Below are positions 48,201 through 62,148 of a stretch of 64,000 nucleotides of DNA, in pieces (position 1 is the stretch's first letter; each line of letters opens with the position of its first letter). The stretch comes from Convolutriloba macropyga. Lineage: Eukaryota. The stretch lies in contig NC_134469.1 of NCBI RefSeq assembly GCF_964194025.1, positions 42,532,001 to 42,596,000 of the forward strand. The letters run 5' to 3'. Under the pieces are notes generated by a model, which saw only the letters and a program-made list of their open reading frames with translations, was not told the origin of the DNA and did not search any database. Both the position numbers and the translations under genes were made by a program.

Positions 48201-51200
48201 ATGGCCACTGTGAGTTTAATCAAAAATATCTGTTTGAATTTATTTCCCCACTAAAAGTTGAAGTGTCTCAAACTGAAGTTATTTTTGTTTTCCAAATTGA
48301 GTTTAAAAAAAACATTGTTTTCCAGTTGAATTCAAAATCTTCCAAGACTCTCACAAGTTTTCAGATCCTGTTTTACTAGGTTCAGCAAGAATCAAAGCAA
48401 TGCTTAGAAAATCTTTTTTGAATATCATGTTCTGATTTTAAAATTAAGGATTTTCTCCGAATTTTTTGTTTAATTTCCATTGAGTCAGTTCCATTGAAAC
48501 ACTCAAATTGAACCCTGTACCCTAGAGCGATTGCGAGAGTCCAACAGAATAATTTGTTGAACTAGTTATTATCAACCAACTCTTATTCTGTGGTTTTCAA
48601 AATTCGATAAAGACGTGAAGTAATTACAAACAAAACTGCGTCAAAACTGCTAAAAACATTTTCTTGTTAATCAGCTTCAGATTTCATGTCCTATCTAAAA
48701 TCAATTACCAAGGAAGTTTATTCAAGTGTCCTGCTGAAAAGAGGCTGTTATTAATCGGATTGCCTGCTTTTCTGGTAAAGAATTTCTGTTAAATATATCG
48801 CTCAATTCAATCTCAAGTCCATATAATCTTTATCTTAATTGAAAGGTTGTATATTGTTGTCTCAACGCACTTTAGTGGGAGAGGAACTAAATACTCGAAT
48901 GCTTTTTTTCGTCAGTCAATTTAGGCCGATCGATATTTTCATTGCAGAGGGTTGTGAATGGTATCATTAGAAAGCCAACCAAGCTCATCTTTTCCGTGGA
49001 AATATTGAGGTTCAAAGTTTTGTTAATGCTTGACCAATTTTTTGTTGTCATTTTCACTGTTTCCGTAATTTTACGCAATTTTTTGACAATTTTGCCCAAA
49101 TAAGGTTAAAATTTGTGAAAATAGAGTCTCCGTTTTGGCCTCTAAAAAGAGAATGTTGCAGAACTCCTTGATCCAAATTTTAGCTGAAATTAAAGCTGAA
49201 TTTCGAAAAAATTTGTCCCTTTTTTAATCAAAGTTTCTACGAAATATGCTTTTCAGACCACTTACTTTAACTTTGCTGGATTAACACGCCTTAAGAAAGC
49301 TGAAATCAGTTTAGTTAAATCCATAGAAACTGAACAATTTTTGCTAAATCTTAACATTTTTTGTTAAATGCTACCTTAACTTTCGACTTTTTCTGTTTCT
49401 TTGTCTTGTTCATTTGCTAGTGTAGTCATGAAAAATTTCAGATCTTTAGGGCTCACTATTGAAGAAAAGATAAATCTATATTTTTACCTCAATCGATTGC
49501 TTGTATTTATTGTTTTTTCTTCAAAAATAGCATTTGAGTTTCATAAGTTATATGAATTTGAGCAAATTGACCCAATAAAACTTCCTGTGCCAATCCAACT
49601 ACCGAGCAGAACTACTACTGCTTAACAAAAACATTGTCTTCCAGTTGAATTCAAAATCCTGCAGGACTCTTGCAAATTTTTATTTCCTGCTCTAAGGACC
49701 ATTAAGAATCAAAGCAATGATTAGAAAAACTTTTTCGAAAACCATTTTCTCATTTTGAAATTAAGTTTTTTTCTGGGAACTTTTTGTTTATTTTCTATTG
49801 AGTCAGTTCTATTGAGTTCCTCAAACTGAACCCTGTTCCCTAAAGCGATTGCGAAATAGGCCAACAGAATAGTTTGTTGAACTGTTCATTATCAACCAAC
49901 TTTGATTCTGTGGTTTTCAAAATAAGATAAAGGCGTGAAGTAATTAAAAGCAAAACTGCGTCAAAACTGCTAAAAAAATTTTCTTGTTAACTAGCGTCAG
50001 ATTTCATGTCCTTTCTAAAATCAATTACCAAGGAAACTTTTTCAAGCGTCCTGCTGAAAACAGGCTGTTAATAATCCACGCGGTAAGTGCTCTTCCACGC
50101 GATAAGTGTTGACAAAACTTTTTCACTCATATTCGCAAACGCGGACAAGGCTAATGTGTAAGGTTTGTGAAGTTATGATGGTTAGGCAAATGTTGAATTT
50201 TAAAAACTTGGAAAAACTTATATGCATTTTGTTCATCGAATTTGATAAAAATGTTGATTGAATCCTCATCATTTGTTGGAAAATATTTACGTTTTTTGTC
50301 GTTTGTAAGTTTGGTTGCAACTGTTAAGTTTAACAAATTTCTAATTTTCCTTGAAAAAATGGCAAAAAATTTATATTTTTAAAACTCTTCCGAATTAAGT
50401 AATTCAAACAATCAATGATATCCTTAAGCATTGATTTTTTTGAGTTTTTCCTGGATACGCGGGCATGGCAACTCCTTATTTATGACCCATAAAGTAATTC
50501 CGTTGACATTCTGAAACAAAATTTGTATCCCCTGATTATGCTAAAACTCATAGCGTCTAAGAACATTGCTAGATTGTGTTTTCAATTGGAAGATTGACTT
50601 ATTTTTTCGGCAAAAATAGCATTTGAGTTTTGAAAATTACACGGAATTGAGCGAATTGACCCAAAAAAATTCCAGTGCCAAACCCACTAGCGAGCAAAAA
50701 ATATTTTGAAACTGCCAATGTGAATTTTATATCAAAAACTTCATTTTGAATTTATTTCCCTACTAAAAGTTGGCTGTTGAGATGTCTCAAACTGATGTTA
50801 ATTTGTTTTCCAATTTTAGTTAAAAAAAACATTGTCTTCCAGTTATATTCAAAATCTTCCACGACTCTCGCAACTTTTCAGTTCCTGCTTTACTAGGGTC
50901 AGCAAGAATCAAAGCAATGCTTAGAAAAACTTTTTCAAAAACCATTTTCTCAATTTAAAATTAAGGATTTTCTTTGAACTTTTTGTTTATTTTCTATTGA
51001 GTCATTTCCATTGAGTTATTCAAATTGAATTATGTATCCTAGAACGATTGCGAAATAGTCCAACAGAATAATTTGTTGAACTAGTTATTATCAACCAACT
51101 CTTATTCTGTGGTTTTCAAAATTCGATAAAGACGTGAAGTAATTACAAACAAAACTGCGTCAAAACTGCTAAAAACAATTTCTTGTTAATCAGCTTCAGA

Positions 51201-53234
51201 TTTCATGTCCTATCAACATCAATTATCAAGGAAGTATTTTCAAGTGTACTGCTGAAAAGAGGCTGTTAATAATCCACGCGGTAAGTTTTCTTTCACGCGA
51301 TAAGTGTTGACAAAACGTTCTCACTCATATTCACAAACGCGGGCAAGGCTGATATGTAAGATATGTGACCTGAAGATAGTTAGGCAAATGTTGAATTTTA
51401 AAAACTTGGAAAAACTCATATGCACTTTGTTTTTCGAATTTGATAAAAATTTTGATTAAATCCTCATTTCTCAAAAATGTTTACACTTTTTTGTCGTTTG
51501 TTAGTTTGGTTGCAACTGTTAAGTTGAACAAATTTCTGAATTTCTTGAAAAAATGGCAAAATATTTATTTTTCTAAAATTCTTTCGTATTAAATAGTTCA
51601 AAGCAGCAATGATGACCATAAGCATTAACTTTTTGAGTTTTTCAGGATACGCAGGCAAAACAACTCCATATTTATGATCCATACAATAATTCCTCTGACA
51701 TTCTGAAACAAAGTTTGTATCCCCTGGTTACGCTAGAATTCATAACATCTAAGAATCTTGCAACATTTTGCATTCAATTGGAAGAGTGACTTATTTTTTC
51801 CGGATTTGACTAAAATTACACGAATTTGAGCAAATTGACCCAAAAAAACTTCCAGTGCCAACCCAACTAGCGAGCAAAAGATATTTTAAAAATGTCCAAT
51901 GTGAGTTTTACCAAAATAGATATTTTTTTGATAAAACTCACATTGGCCATTTTTAAAATGTTTGAATTTATTTCCCCACTAAAAGTTGAGGATTCTCAAA
52001 CTGAAGTTATTTTTGTTTTCCAAATTGAGTTTAAAAAAAAAACATTGTTTGCCAGTTGAATTCAAAATCTTCCAAGACTCTCACAAGTTTTCAGATCCTG
52101 TTTTACTAGGTTCAGCAAGAATCAAAGCAATGCTTAGAAAATCTTATTTGAATATCATGTTCTCATTTTAAAATTAAGGATTTTCTCCGAATTTTTTGTT
52201 TAATTTCCATTGAGTCAGTTCCATTGAAACACTCAAATTGAACCCTGTACCCTAGAGCGATTGCGAAAGTCCAACAGAATAATTTGTTGAACTAGTTATT
52301 ATCAACCAACTCTGATTCTGTGGTTTTCAAAGTCCGATAAAGACGTGAAGTCATTAAAAGCAAAACTGCGTCAAAACTGCTAAAAACATTTTCTTGTTAA
52401 TCAGCTTCAGATTTCATGTCCTATCTAAAATCAATTACCAAGGAAGTTTATTCAAGTGTCCTGCTGAAAAGAGGCTGTTATTAATCGGATTGCCTGCTTT
52501 TCTGGTAAAGGATTTCTGTTAATTATATCGCTCAATTCAATCTCAAATCCATATAATCTTTATCTTAATTGAAAGGTTGTATGTTGTTGTCTCAACGCAC
52601 TTTAGTGGGAGAGGAACTAAATACTCGAATGCTTTTTTTCCTCAGTCAATTTAGGCCGATCAATATTTTCATTGCAGAGGGTTGTGAATGGTATCATTAG
52701 AAAGCCAACCAAGCTCATCTTTTCCGTGGAAATATTGAGGTTCAAAGTTTTGTTAATGCTTGACCAATTTTTTGTTGTTATTTTCACTTTTTCCGTATTT
52801 TTACGCAATTTTTTGACAATTTTGCCCAAATAAGGTTAAAATTTGTGAAAATAGAGTCTTTGTTTTGGCCTCTAAAAAGAGAATGTTGCAGAACTCCTTG
52901 ATCCAAATTTTAGCTGAAATTAAAGCTGAATTTCGAAAAAATTTGTCCCTTTTTTAATCAAAGTTTCTACGAAATATGCTTTTCAGACCACTTACTTTAA
53001 ATTTGCTGGATTAACACGCCTTAAGACAGCTGAAATCAGTTTAGTAAAATTCATAGAAACTGAACATTTTTTGCTAAATCTTAACAATGTTTGTTAAATG
53101 TTACCTTAACTTTCGACTTTTTCTGTTTCTTTGTCATGTTCGTTTGCTAGTGCTAGTCATGAAAAATTTCAGATCTTTAGGGCTCACTATTGAAGAAAAG
53201 ATAAATCTATTTTTTGACCTCAATCGATTGCTTG

Positions 53235-53240
<6 letters not shown>
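45300..53240. repeat. Macro-satellite-like array of ~1.1-1.2-kb monomers with a ~3.7-kb higher-order duplication
   Basis: Anchor CACGCGATAAGTGTT at ~45308, 46391, 47589, 50096 and 51294. Block 45808-49510 is repeated at 49513-53240 with much higher identity than between neighbouring monomers. Confidence 0.93.

Positions 53241-53290
<50 letters not shown>
53239..53290. repeat. (TA)n microsatellite
   Basis: Seen directly in the sequence. Confidence 0.98.
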
Positions 53291-53291
<1 letters not shown>

Positions 53292-53572
53292 AAATGAGAA
53301 AAGGCAACAAGTATTAAAAAATATAGAAATTTTCCGGAAACAGTTAAATTCAAAAACGTAAAAAGATTAGCTATCAAGCGAAAATATTAAATATTTTCTA
53401 TTTTCTCAAAAGTCAGTGAGATCTCACATATTTGTCGGCAATTGTCTACGAAAGGAAATTCTTATTAATAATGGAAAGTCTCATTGGGATGGTAGGTCTC
53501 AATTTTTATGAAGGTAGGTCTTTTCTAATGGAAGGCCACCTTAATGTGGCATCTTAAATTTCAGTATTTTAT

Positions 53573-53686
53573 TTTTTAAAGTTTTCAACATTTTAGACAA
53601 AAAACATTTGTTGTAGGAATTCGGCATATTTTTAAAGTTTTCAACATTTTAGACAAAAATCATTTGTTGTAGGAATTCGGCATATT
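53573..53686. repeat. 56-bp direct tandem duplication
   Basis: TTTTAAAGTTTTCAACATTTTAGACAAAAAWCATTTGTTGTAGGAATTCGGCATATT x2. Confidence 0.9.
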
Positions 53687-54632
53687 GCTGTCTAATCTTT
53701 TGACGTTTTTGAAAAAATTGTTTTCGGAAAATGAATTTGTAGTGTTTTTATACTTGTTTCCGTTTCTCATTTTTCAGAAGTCATAAAACGCATTTTTGGT
53801 GCCCAAAGAACTCGTAATTCCTTATATCTTAGCTTTTATCTATCTTAGAAAAGAGTATGATTTTAACGGCTTCTACACCATTTTCTTGCAAGGTTTAAAG
53901 GAATTTTGTGTTTTTCCTCCTAATTTGTCGTATCCTTTTGTAGACATACATCATATTCTGTATAATGACAAGTCAATGTCTGCATACTGAAATATGAAGA
54001 AGCATCAACCTATTTAAAGTTGCAATTGATATCTAACGGTTTGATTATTCGGAATTATTTGTTTTCAAAAAAGTTTGCCGTTTTTGTACTTTGTTGTCTA
54101 TTTGCTACCGAGTCCTATTAGGGTTAGGTCTCATGATTTTTTCTAGTGAAGCGCAAAAAAAATTTACTATTTCAGGTTTTATTTCTTGTTAAGGTTATTT
54201 CATCGTTTGGTAGACTATTAAGAAGACCTTCTGGATAAACGAGGTCGGAGAGTAATGTGCGAACGCACATTACCTGTTCTTCATGTTTGAATAGCGTGTC
54301 ATTTTGTAGATAAATTGCGTGAACCAAAACGCAAGGGCAGAAACGAAGGCGCTATAGCGAGCTTTTAGTGAAACAGGCCGGGTTTTGCTATTGAGGTCAC
54401 CTTCTTTTAGAAATCATCGGTTTTTAAAAATAAAAATTTTCGGTATTATTGCCTTTTTCCAGCCAAAAAACGGAAACCCTTACAACTAAATCCTTTTACC
54501 TTAAATACAGTTTGTTGTCTTTTAACTTTTTAGAGAAAAAGCATCTCTTGTAGTAATTCGGCATATTGCAAGAGTTTTTAAAAAATTATTAGAATGACGC
54601 TACCTGGACCCAACAGCAAGTCAATATTGGTA

Positions 54633-55050
54633 CTGGGCACATCTAATTGCAAGTCTTATATCATTATTGATTCAGAGCTCTGATCATGTCACTTTTTACA
54701 TTTGCCAGTCTAATTGCAAGTCCTAGTCACGATGTGCAGGTATATTGCAGGTCTTGGCTATGAAATGCACGTCTAAATGCAAGTCTTGGCTAAGAAGTGC
54801 TCATCTAAAAGCACGTCTTGGTTAAGACGTTCACGTCAAAATGCAAGTCTTTGCTAGGATGTGCACGTCTAAATGCACTTCTTCGCTAAGACTTGCATTT
54901 AAACGTTCAAGTCATAGACAAAAATTTGCATAAAACAAAAATTGGTCGGGGTATTGTCAAAAACAGCCCGGAAATTGTCAAAAACAGCCAAAAAATTGCC
55001 AATTATTAGTCGAAAAGTTGAAATTAGGTCCGGAAGTCGCCAAACAGTAG
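54633..55050. mobile_element. Tc1/mariner-like MITE, left part (family of 17217)
   Basis: TA|CTGGGCACATCTAATTGCAAGTCTTATAT...TTCAGAG.TCTGATC.TGTCACTTTTT, then ~31-bp repeats. Right TIR not found. Confidence 0.65.
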
Positions 55051-55951
55051 AGAACGGGGATTGTAACTGTATTTTGACCCAGTTCTATTTTTTCCATTAA
55101 GTCAACCTGTTGTGCGAAACTTCGCCAAAACATTCACAAAAGACTTCTGATATGCTGAGAAAAGCATTAGAAAATTGAAGATTACTGGATGATGTCATGA
55201 AAGTTTTCTATGGTATTTTTTTTGAACGAGTATTTTTGTACCGAAGAGATTTGTATAGATACTTCTCAGAGGACTTTTTAAGAATTAAATGAACTAAAAC
55301 TTTATAAATACAAAACTTTCGAGTCATCATATAATGTGTCAAAAACGAACCCCAAAAAACGGTTTAATCTGGGTTTCATTTTTTGCTACACTGCAGTATA
55401 ACTTCTTGAAACGTTTCTGATTAATTCTTATTAACTCATATAATTTTGGAGAGTTTTCTGTTTTTTTGTAAATATTCTGCGGAGCGGAGAAACCTTACAA
55501 TTCTCTGGAGAATCCGTTAAAAGAGCAGGCTTAAAAAACAGGTTAACATTTGTTTAAATGGATCAATTCTACGCTCAATGTTGGTGTTTAATGGACATAC
55601 AGTTCATTTTCCCTTCTTGAATAGGATATTAACAATAAAAAGGCTTCCTGACTTTAACGTGAAACAAAGCAACGTCTTCAAGGTTTGAGACATGAAATTA
55701 AAAAGTCCTCTATTATTATCTTCCTCAACTCTGTCCCACAATTAACAGAAATTGATCTTCACAATCGAGATTAAAATCCCATCAAATTCCCAAATTTAAC
55801 TACTCCTAATTCAGAAAAACATCTAATTTTGTTAATGCTTTCTTCGATTTTGTTCAACTTGCTAAACAAATCGCTCGCGATCAAGTTTGAATTATTACAA
55901 GGTTAGTTTGCCGTCTCCGTTTAAAATGCAAAAATACAAAGAAATATTTTA

Positions 55952-56820
55952 CCCGGGTCGAGGTGTCACCGCCATTCAACGCAAAATTATGTAAGATAAG
56001 CGGTTAATCCGGAAATTTTTGTAAGATAAGCGGTGGATGCGGTGAAATTACATAAATCAGGCGGTGAATGCGGTGAAAAAAAAACTTTATCGCCTGGTAG
56101 CGTTGAAATTACATAATTTCACCGCTGAATTTAGCGGTGAAATTACATAAATTCACCGCTTCAAAAAAAGTGTCCAAATTTTGTAAGATAAGCGGTGAAT
56201 GCGGTGAAATTACATAAATTCACCGCTCAACTTAGTGGTGAACTTACATAAATTCACCACTTAGAAAAAATTGTTAAAGATGTTTGAGATCAGCAAAGAA
56301 ATTAATGGTGAGTGTGGGAGGTATTGTTAGATTTGCCTTCCCACTAAAACTACCCCTTAATCTTACATTTTTGACACCTTTTTCTAAGCGGTGAATTTAT
56401 GTAATTTCACCACTAGAGTAAGCGGTTAACTTACAAAAATTCACCACATTTCACCGCTAAAATATGTAATTTCACCGCTAAAAATTGCAAATCTTACAAA
56501 AATTCACCGCGCATGTTTTGCAGAAAGTAGAGTGAATTCGATTTATATTCAAACAAAAAATAATAGAATTTAGTGGAAGAAGAAGTGGATGACATGCAGG
56601 AGGTGAGAGGTTCGGACCCTTGAAAGGGCGGTGAAATTACATATTTTAGCGGTGAATTGTGGTGAATTTTTGTAAGATCACCGCTTAGTCTAGCCGTGAA
56701 CTTACATAATTTCACCGCATTCACCGCATTTCACCGCAAAATTACGTACGAAATTTGCGGTGAAAAAAATAACTTTTCATCGCTTATCTTACATATTTTT
56801 GCATTTTTTCTCGACCCGGG
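55952..56820 (+). mobile_element. CACTA/EnSpm-like non-autonomous element (long subfamily), best-preserved copy
   Basis: TA|CCCGGGTCGAG...CTCGACCCGGG|TA. Dense palindromic GCGGTGAA-ATTACATAA-TTCACCGC units. Box B GGTTCGGACCC at 56609. Confidence 0.9.
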
Positions 56821-59199
56821 TAGGACATGTGTTCAATAAACTTGTTCAAAGTACGGAAAAACGAGTTTATCCGCCATTTTCAATACTATGAGTTAGCCCA
56901 ATATCGTTGAAGAAGTATAAAATAGATGATTCGTTTATCTTCCTCCTTGTAACAAAAGTAGCTCGTAGTTTCCGATGGTGCTAATCTTAGTTTTCTCAAT
57001 AGCTCGGCTAACCAATTGTCAAGATTCAACTCACAATTTATTTTGATTTAGTCCTTCTCAATCAACTAGATTTTCCTATAATAAATCAAGCTTTCTGATT
57101 CAATATAAAAAGTGCTTGATTTGACAAAGATAGACCTGACTTAGAGTGAATCTGTAGAAAACGGAATTCTTTTGAGTACAATTTTACGCCTAAGCTTCTC
57201 TCATACTCAGTATCGAAACACAACAATGAATCTAGATATTTCAGAACAAAGAAAGTAATTAAAAACAAAATTTAACCTCATTTTTGTAAATTTCCCGACT
57301 CTTCTACTTGTTCCAAGCTCGGTTAAGTGACCGTAATTTTTTGTGAAAAGAACTTCTAAAATGCTATGGTATACAATTGAAAACCCCTAGTGCATCGTTT
57401 GACGATAAAACTTTTAAAACAGTTTACCTGGCAACATGCACACAGTTTTCAGGAAATGATGAAAATCGTAGCAGTGTCGGGGGAAAATCGTAGCAGTGTC
57501 GTTTTTATCTAGCTTTATAGGTTTAGCTTCAAATCAGCTCACGAATGCTCCCAAAAAATTGAATAGACCAGAGTCTTTATAAGAGTTCCCTTAAATTAAA
57601 TTTATCAGCTGCGCCAAAATAAAAAAAATGTTTCTTTACAACGTTTGCAAAATAGTTCTCAAATTTGGTTTTTTAATATTGAAACTATAATTACGTTTTT
57701 TCAGTTTAAAAAGCACAAGGTAATGAACCAACATCTGGCTGTCAAAAAGAAGTAGCATCAGTCCAATTAAATTGGATTAATTATATTGGAACAGAAATAC
57801 ACAGATCAAAAGCAAAAGATTGAGACAGTTTCTCAAAGGGATACATTGTTGATTTCACGTTTGCTAAACTAAACAATAGGTTTTGTTTGAAACTTTGTGT
57901 AATTCTGTCAAATTAGTTGGATCAAGATTACAAAATGATTGCTGTGTATTGTATTTAGACAAATTTGAGACAGCACAATTAATGATTGAAACATAACCAA
58001 ATGGGCTGAAGTTTGATTTGCTTAGCTAATTCACCACCACAAAAAGTCCTCTATTACCTAAACGTTGGTTGGCGTATCCCTTCCCCTCCGTAGGTCAAGA
58101 GATAGCATCACAATTTTGTTCCGTTGGGGTTTGTTTTCTTGACCCATTTTTTACCTTGAAAATTTAGCAGATTTTAGTTCGAATGCATTGATGTGCAAAA
58201 TTTTCAAAAACTCAAAAATCTTCAAAATTTTTTAAAAAAGTAATCTCTGGGTTTTAGGCTTGATTTTTTCAACTTCAAGTTTTATTGTTACCGGTTGAAT
58301 TTGTTTCTGTTAACTCGAGCCAGACAAATATATGAAATATTTTTTCTAATTCTCTCTCGCATTGTTATTAAAAAATTTTGTGTTTATTTTTGTGTAATTA
58401 TTCTCATAAATTATTTTTGATGATTTGATGATGAGATCTGATATGATAACGTAAAAAAAGAAATTTTTTGAAAAAAATGACAATTAAAAATCAATCTCTG
58501 TTTAGAGGTTGGTCTTTTATTAATGAACCCTGGTTCTTTTGTTTTCTTGATATCGAATGCGCTTTTGTTTTCTTTTTTCCTATAGCATATTGATCTTCCC
58601 TTTCAGATAAAAATAGAAAAAAAATTGAAATTCAACAGAGGAATTTGAACTGGAATTAAGTTTTTTAGGTTCACAGATCTATATAACTTATTGTTTGTAG
58701 ACAAATATCATTATTAGGATAACATTTTGTTGTCTCGTGTAGAGCACACAATGGCGCCGAAGATTTGTTATGACCACATAATCTTTTATAGTTTGCAAGC
58801 CTCTTTTAATTTTTTTAATTGTGTATGTTTAATTTATTTTATATTGGGTATGAAAGCATTTTATATTGTTCATCAAGAAACATTAATTCTCCAGTTTTTG
58901 TATATGGATGCTGATGAAGTTTTCGTTTTAAAAACCCCTTAGTTGAACTGTACGTGTATGATAAGTTTTAAGTGCCTATAATTCTAATCTTCGTAAATTT
59001 ACTATAATACCAAAAAGCTACGTACACCAACAAAAGAGTTTTTAAAAAGCGGCACAAATCTCAACTAATACAACATGTTGAATTCAAATCAATTATATTG
59101 TAATGGGAAGTTGCGATTTTACTTTTTCTAATATATGGTAGACAGTTTGTGGAGTTTCCAGACAATTTTTCAAGGAAATCTGAGTCAAGTTTTCGACAA

Positions 59200-59877
59200 T
59201 TTTCCCTCCATTGTATTGTTAAGTTCTTTCGTTTTTCGCGAATATTGCTTCACATTTGCCCATATTTTTTCAGTTAGAATGAGATCGGGACTGTTTTTAA
59301 CCTTTCCAGTACTATGTGCTCCTCTTCTTTCAAGAATTTGATGACAATCTTTGCTTTATGCATAGAAGCATCGTCTTGTTGAAAAAAAAGGTTTCGCAAG
59401 GACACTTTTTTTGTATTTCTTCCAAGTGAACTAGGTCCTTTAGCTCGCTTGGTCATCTAGTAAACAGTTTTCGCTTATCTGATGTATTGTACCTCTCAAG
59501 ATAATTGAGTGTTTGTGCAAAATCAAAAAGTTGCCAAGAAATCTCGTTCCATTTCTCCGAACAACTCGAATGATTCCTTCGCTAGAGATGCTCTGAGCTT
59601 CTTACACTTATGCTGTAGTTTGTATGCATGCTGTGTACAAGATGTTAATTTTAGGCTGAGTTGCTCTTGTTTTTTTACTATCAAAACTGGGCATTACCCA
59701 GATTAACCTTCTTTTCTGTGTAAGCGGAGAAGATGAGAATGAAAACGCGTTGAAAAGCGTTAAAATTTCAGAATTTCACGCCTTTCTTCACGCCTTAGCG
59801 CAAATTAAACGTTTTGAGCAAATGTTACCCTTCAAGCTCACAAATTGTACTGTACGCACCTTTTTGGTTCCATAGTG
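59200..59877 (-). pseudogene. Tc1-like transposon remnant
   Basis: FFQQDDASMH (ORF 59274-59456), followed after a frameshift by NSPDLILTEKIWANVK. Candidate TIR end ...GGTTCCATAGTG|TA at 59877. Confidence 0.7.
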
Positions 59878-61789
59878 TATGTGCTCTTAATGAAGTTTTC
59901 AGATCCTATATTTCACAATTGCACCACATTGATAAAGGAGTATTGATAATCTTGCACGTATACAGTGATGTAAATTGCTATGAATAGTGTCAACTCTTAA
60001 AAAGCATCATGAGTCGAAAGAAAAGCATAAATTTATTGATGAAAACTGAGTGTAATTTAATTCACACGTGGACGGGTTGAGGGGAGAGAATAGTGACCCC
60101 CCCCCCCCCCCCCCTAGTTTCAATGAATGAATTTCTTAGATGCGGATGCAGAGCGTTTTAGGAAAAGGTGTATTTGAATTATTTCGGAGCCAATTTTGTT
60201 GATAAATTTTCTCCCTTTTCTAACCCAATAATCATATATTAGTTATTGTAGCTCACAAGTTATTCTCAAGAATGTAATTTTTTTTGATTAAATGGATTTT
60301 AATCACCCCCATTTTTGCGACGGTAAATTTCTACGGACATCGGGGCACTTAAATCTACCACGCTCACCATGACGCCTTGATTTTGTGTAGTTGGCATAAA
60401 AATTCGCCTGGTGCCTGGTCTCAACAAAATCACTCAAACAGTTTTCTAATTTTGACATCGATCAGTTTCTGGTTCCTAATTCATGCAAGTTCACCTTCTA
60501 TTTCAGCTGTACTGCGGTTATGGGGTTTCGCATTTGCTCAAATATGTATTGATTTGGTTCTCTACATCTTTGGCATTTTACTACCGCAGTTATCAGTTCT
60601 TTCCTTAAATGGACACATTAAAAACGTGTAGCTGAAAAGGTTGGCGGAAAAGTTGTGGCGAGAAAGAGTGATGAATTATTTCTCGAGTGCAGCTGGTCTT
60701 AATTATGTTTTTCCTGTCCCCAAAACCATAAAACTAAACAACACAACATGCTTCCAAAATCCCCAATAATTTGCTTGTTTTACCAATTAAGTTACGTTCT
60801 TCAGGCCCAATTTGCCAATTTTGTTTTGAAATGGCAATCACTTTCATCAATTTCATTGTGTCACTTTTTAAAGCTAAGTGAAATTTCCGTGTCGCGAAGT
60901 CGTGACATTTATGTGATAAATTAACACCATCACGGTTGCTTGATCAGAAAATGCCATCAACCGAGCTAATTTAGTTTGCATTTCTGGGCAAATCGACTGC
61001 ATTCGGAATTTTCAATAGCTTAATTTAATTTACCTCTTGCCTGTCTTGAGACTGCTTCACTGCTCACTGCTTTACTGCACAGAAAATTGAAGGTTGGATC
61101 TCTATGAGCATTCATAGTTAATACTTCGGATCGGATTACAAAATAGGGAAATACAAAATATTTCAATTTTTGGAGGATTTTACTTGGAGTTATAAAGATG
61201 TTCAAAAAATCCTGACGCCTGTTCTCAATTTCTTCAGTTTTCTTCAATATTTGATGTGAAGCATTTAAAAAGAATTCAACAATTGATAGAGTGCTTCATT
61301 GTGGTTAGGCGTTTTAACTATGACATCCTGGTCAGCTCGTCAAATAATCAACAAATTTCAATTGTTATAATCTTAATTTATAGCATCTCTCATCTACATT
61401 TGACGTGAAACACAATTCGATAAAAATTTAAAAAACTGATATTTTTCGAGTAACACATTCGACCTTTAAATTAATGTTGCTTAATCTCTACCTTTTGCAA
61501 TTTTGGTATGGTTTCCACGTAATATTTCCCACACTTTTTTAAATTTTGTTTTCTGGTTCAATCACGCTCAGGAAAACTTTAGATGCCAATATATTTGTTT
61601 TTTATATGGTTGTATTCAAAGAAAACTTGAATCGTAGACTTTGTTGATTGAGGGAATCTCAGCTAAGACAATAAAATTGTAGCCAATGTTGCATTCAAAT
61701 TTTATGGTTTCAATTCACCAATTGTCCTGAGAAAAACATAGTTTTCCAAGCAGCTGATGAAAGTCTCTAGCAAAAATATGGCTACGGCT

Positions 61790-61960
61790 AAAATTGAAAA
61801 CTTGTTTCTTCACAATGAAGAAGCATTCATCATTGTTTCTTCACTGTTTCTTCGAAATGAACAAATTGCTTCTTCATTGTTTCTTCACAATGAACAAAAT
61901 TTTGTTGAAAATTTGTTTCTTCATTGCTTCTTCATTGTTTCTTCACTCACACAATTCTTT
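61790..61960. repeat. Short degenerate repeats TGTTTCTTCACAATGAA / TTCTTCATTG upstream of LINE ORF1
   Basis: Repeated, partly self-complementary TTCTTCA...TGAAGAA units. Confidence 0.7.
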
Positions 61961-62148
61961 CAATCTGTACAGTTGCTTCTTGACCTTCAAGTTTTAAACG
62001 TTTGAAGCTCTTTCTTATGCATTGCTAGTTTTAAACGTTAGCACAATAGTTTTTTAAGCTAGAGATTCTGTAACAAACTTATTGTAAATATCAAGAATTG
62101 TAAATTATTCCTGCAAATATCATCCTGTAATATATTCAAATCACGAAG

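Larger units (their letters stand above)
52584..54288 (+). mobile_element. Helentron/HINE-like element containing a (TA)n tract; its 5' part is duplicated at ~48855-49510
   Basis: 5' end GCACTTTAGTGGGAGAGGAACTA (reverse complement of 24944-24966). 3' end GGTCGGAGA + perfect hairpin GTAATGTGCG-AA-CGCACATTAC (54252-54273) + CTTCATGTT. Confidence 0.6.

Noticed and set aside
55952-56820. Palindromic repeat arrays resembling CRISPR (also 17300-17480 and 54700-54910)
   Set aside because: No unique spacers, no cas genes, bounded by TIRs/TSDs, and a eukaryotic context.
61754-61800. CTGATGA, possible hammerhead ribozyme core upstream of the LINE
   Set aside because: No stem II followed by GAAA and no stem I/III pairing. 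Other CTGATGA sites (~5807, ~30044, ~42820, ~58911) also fail.
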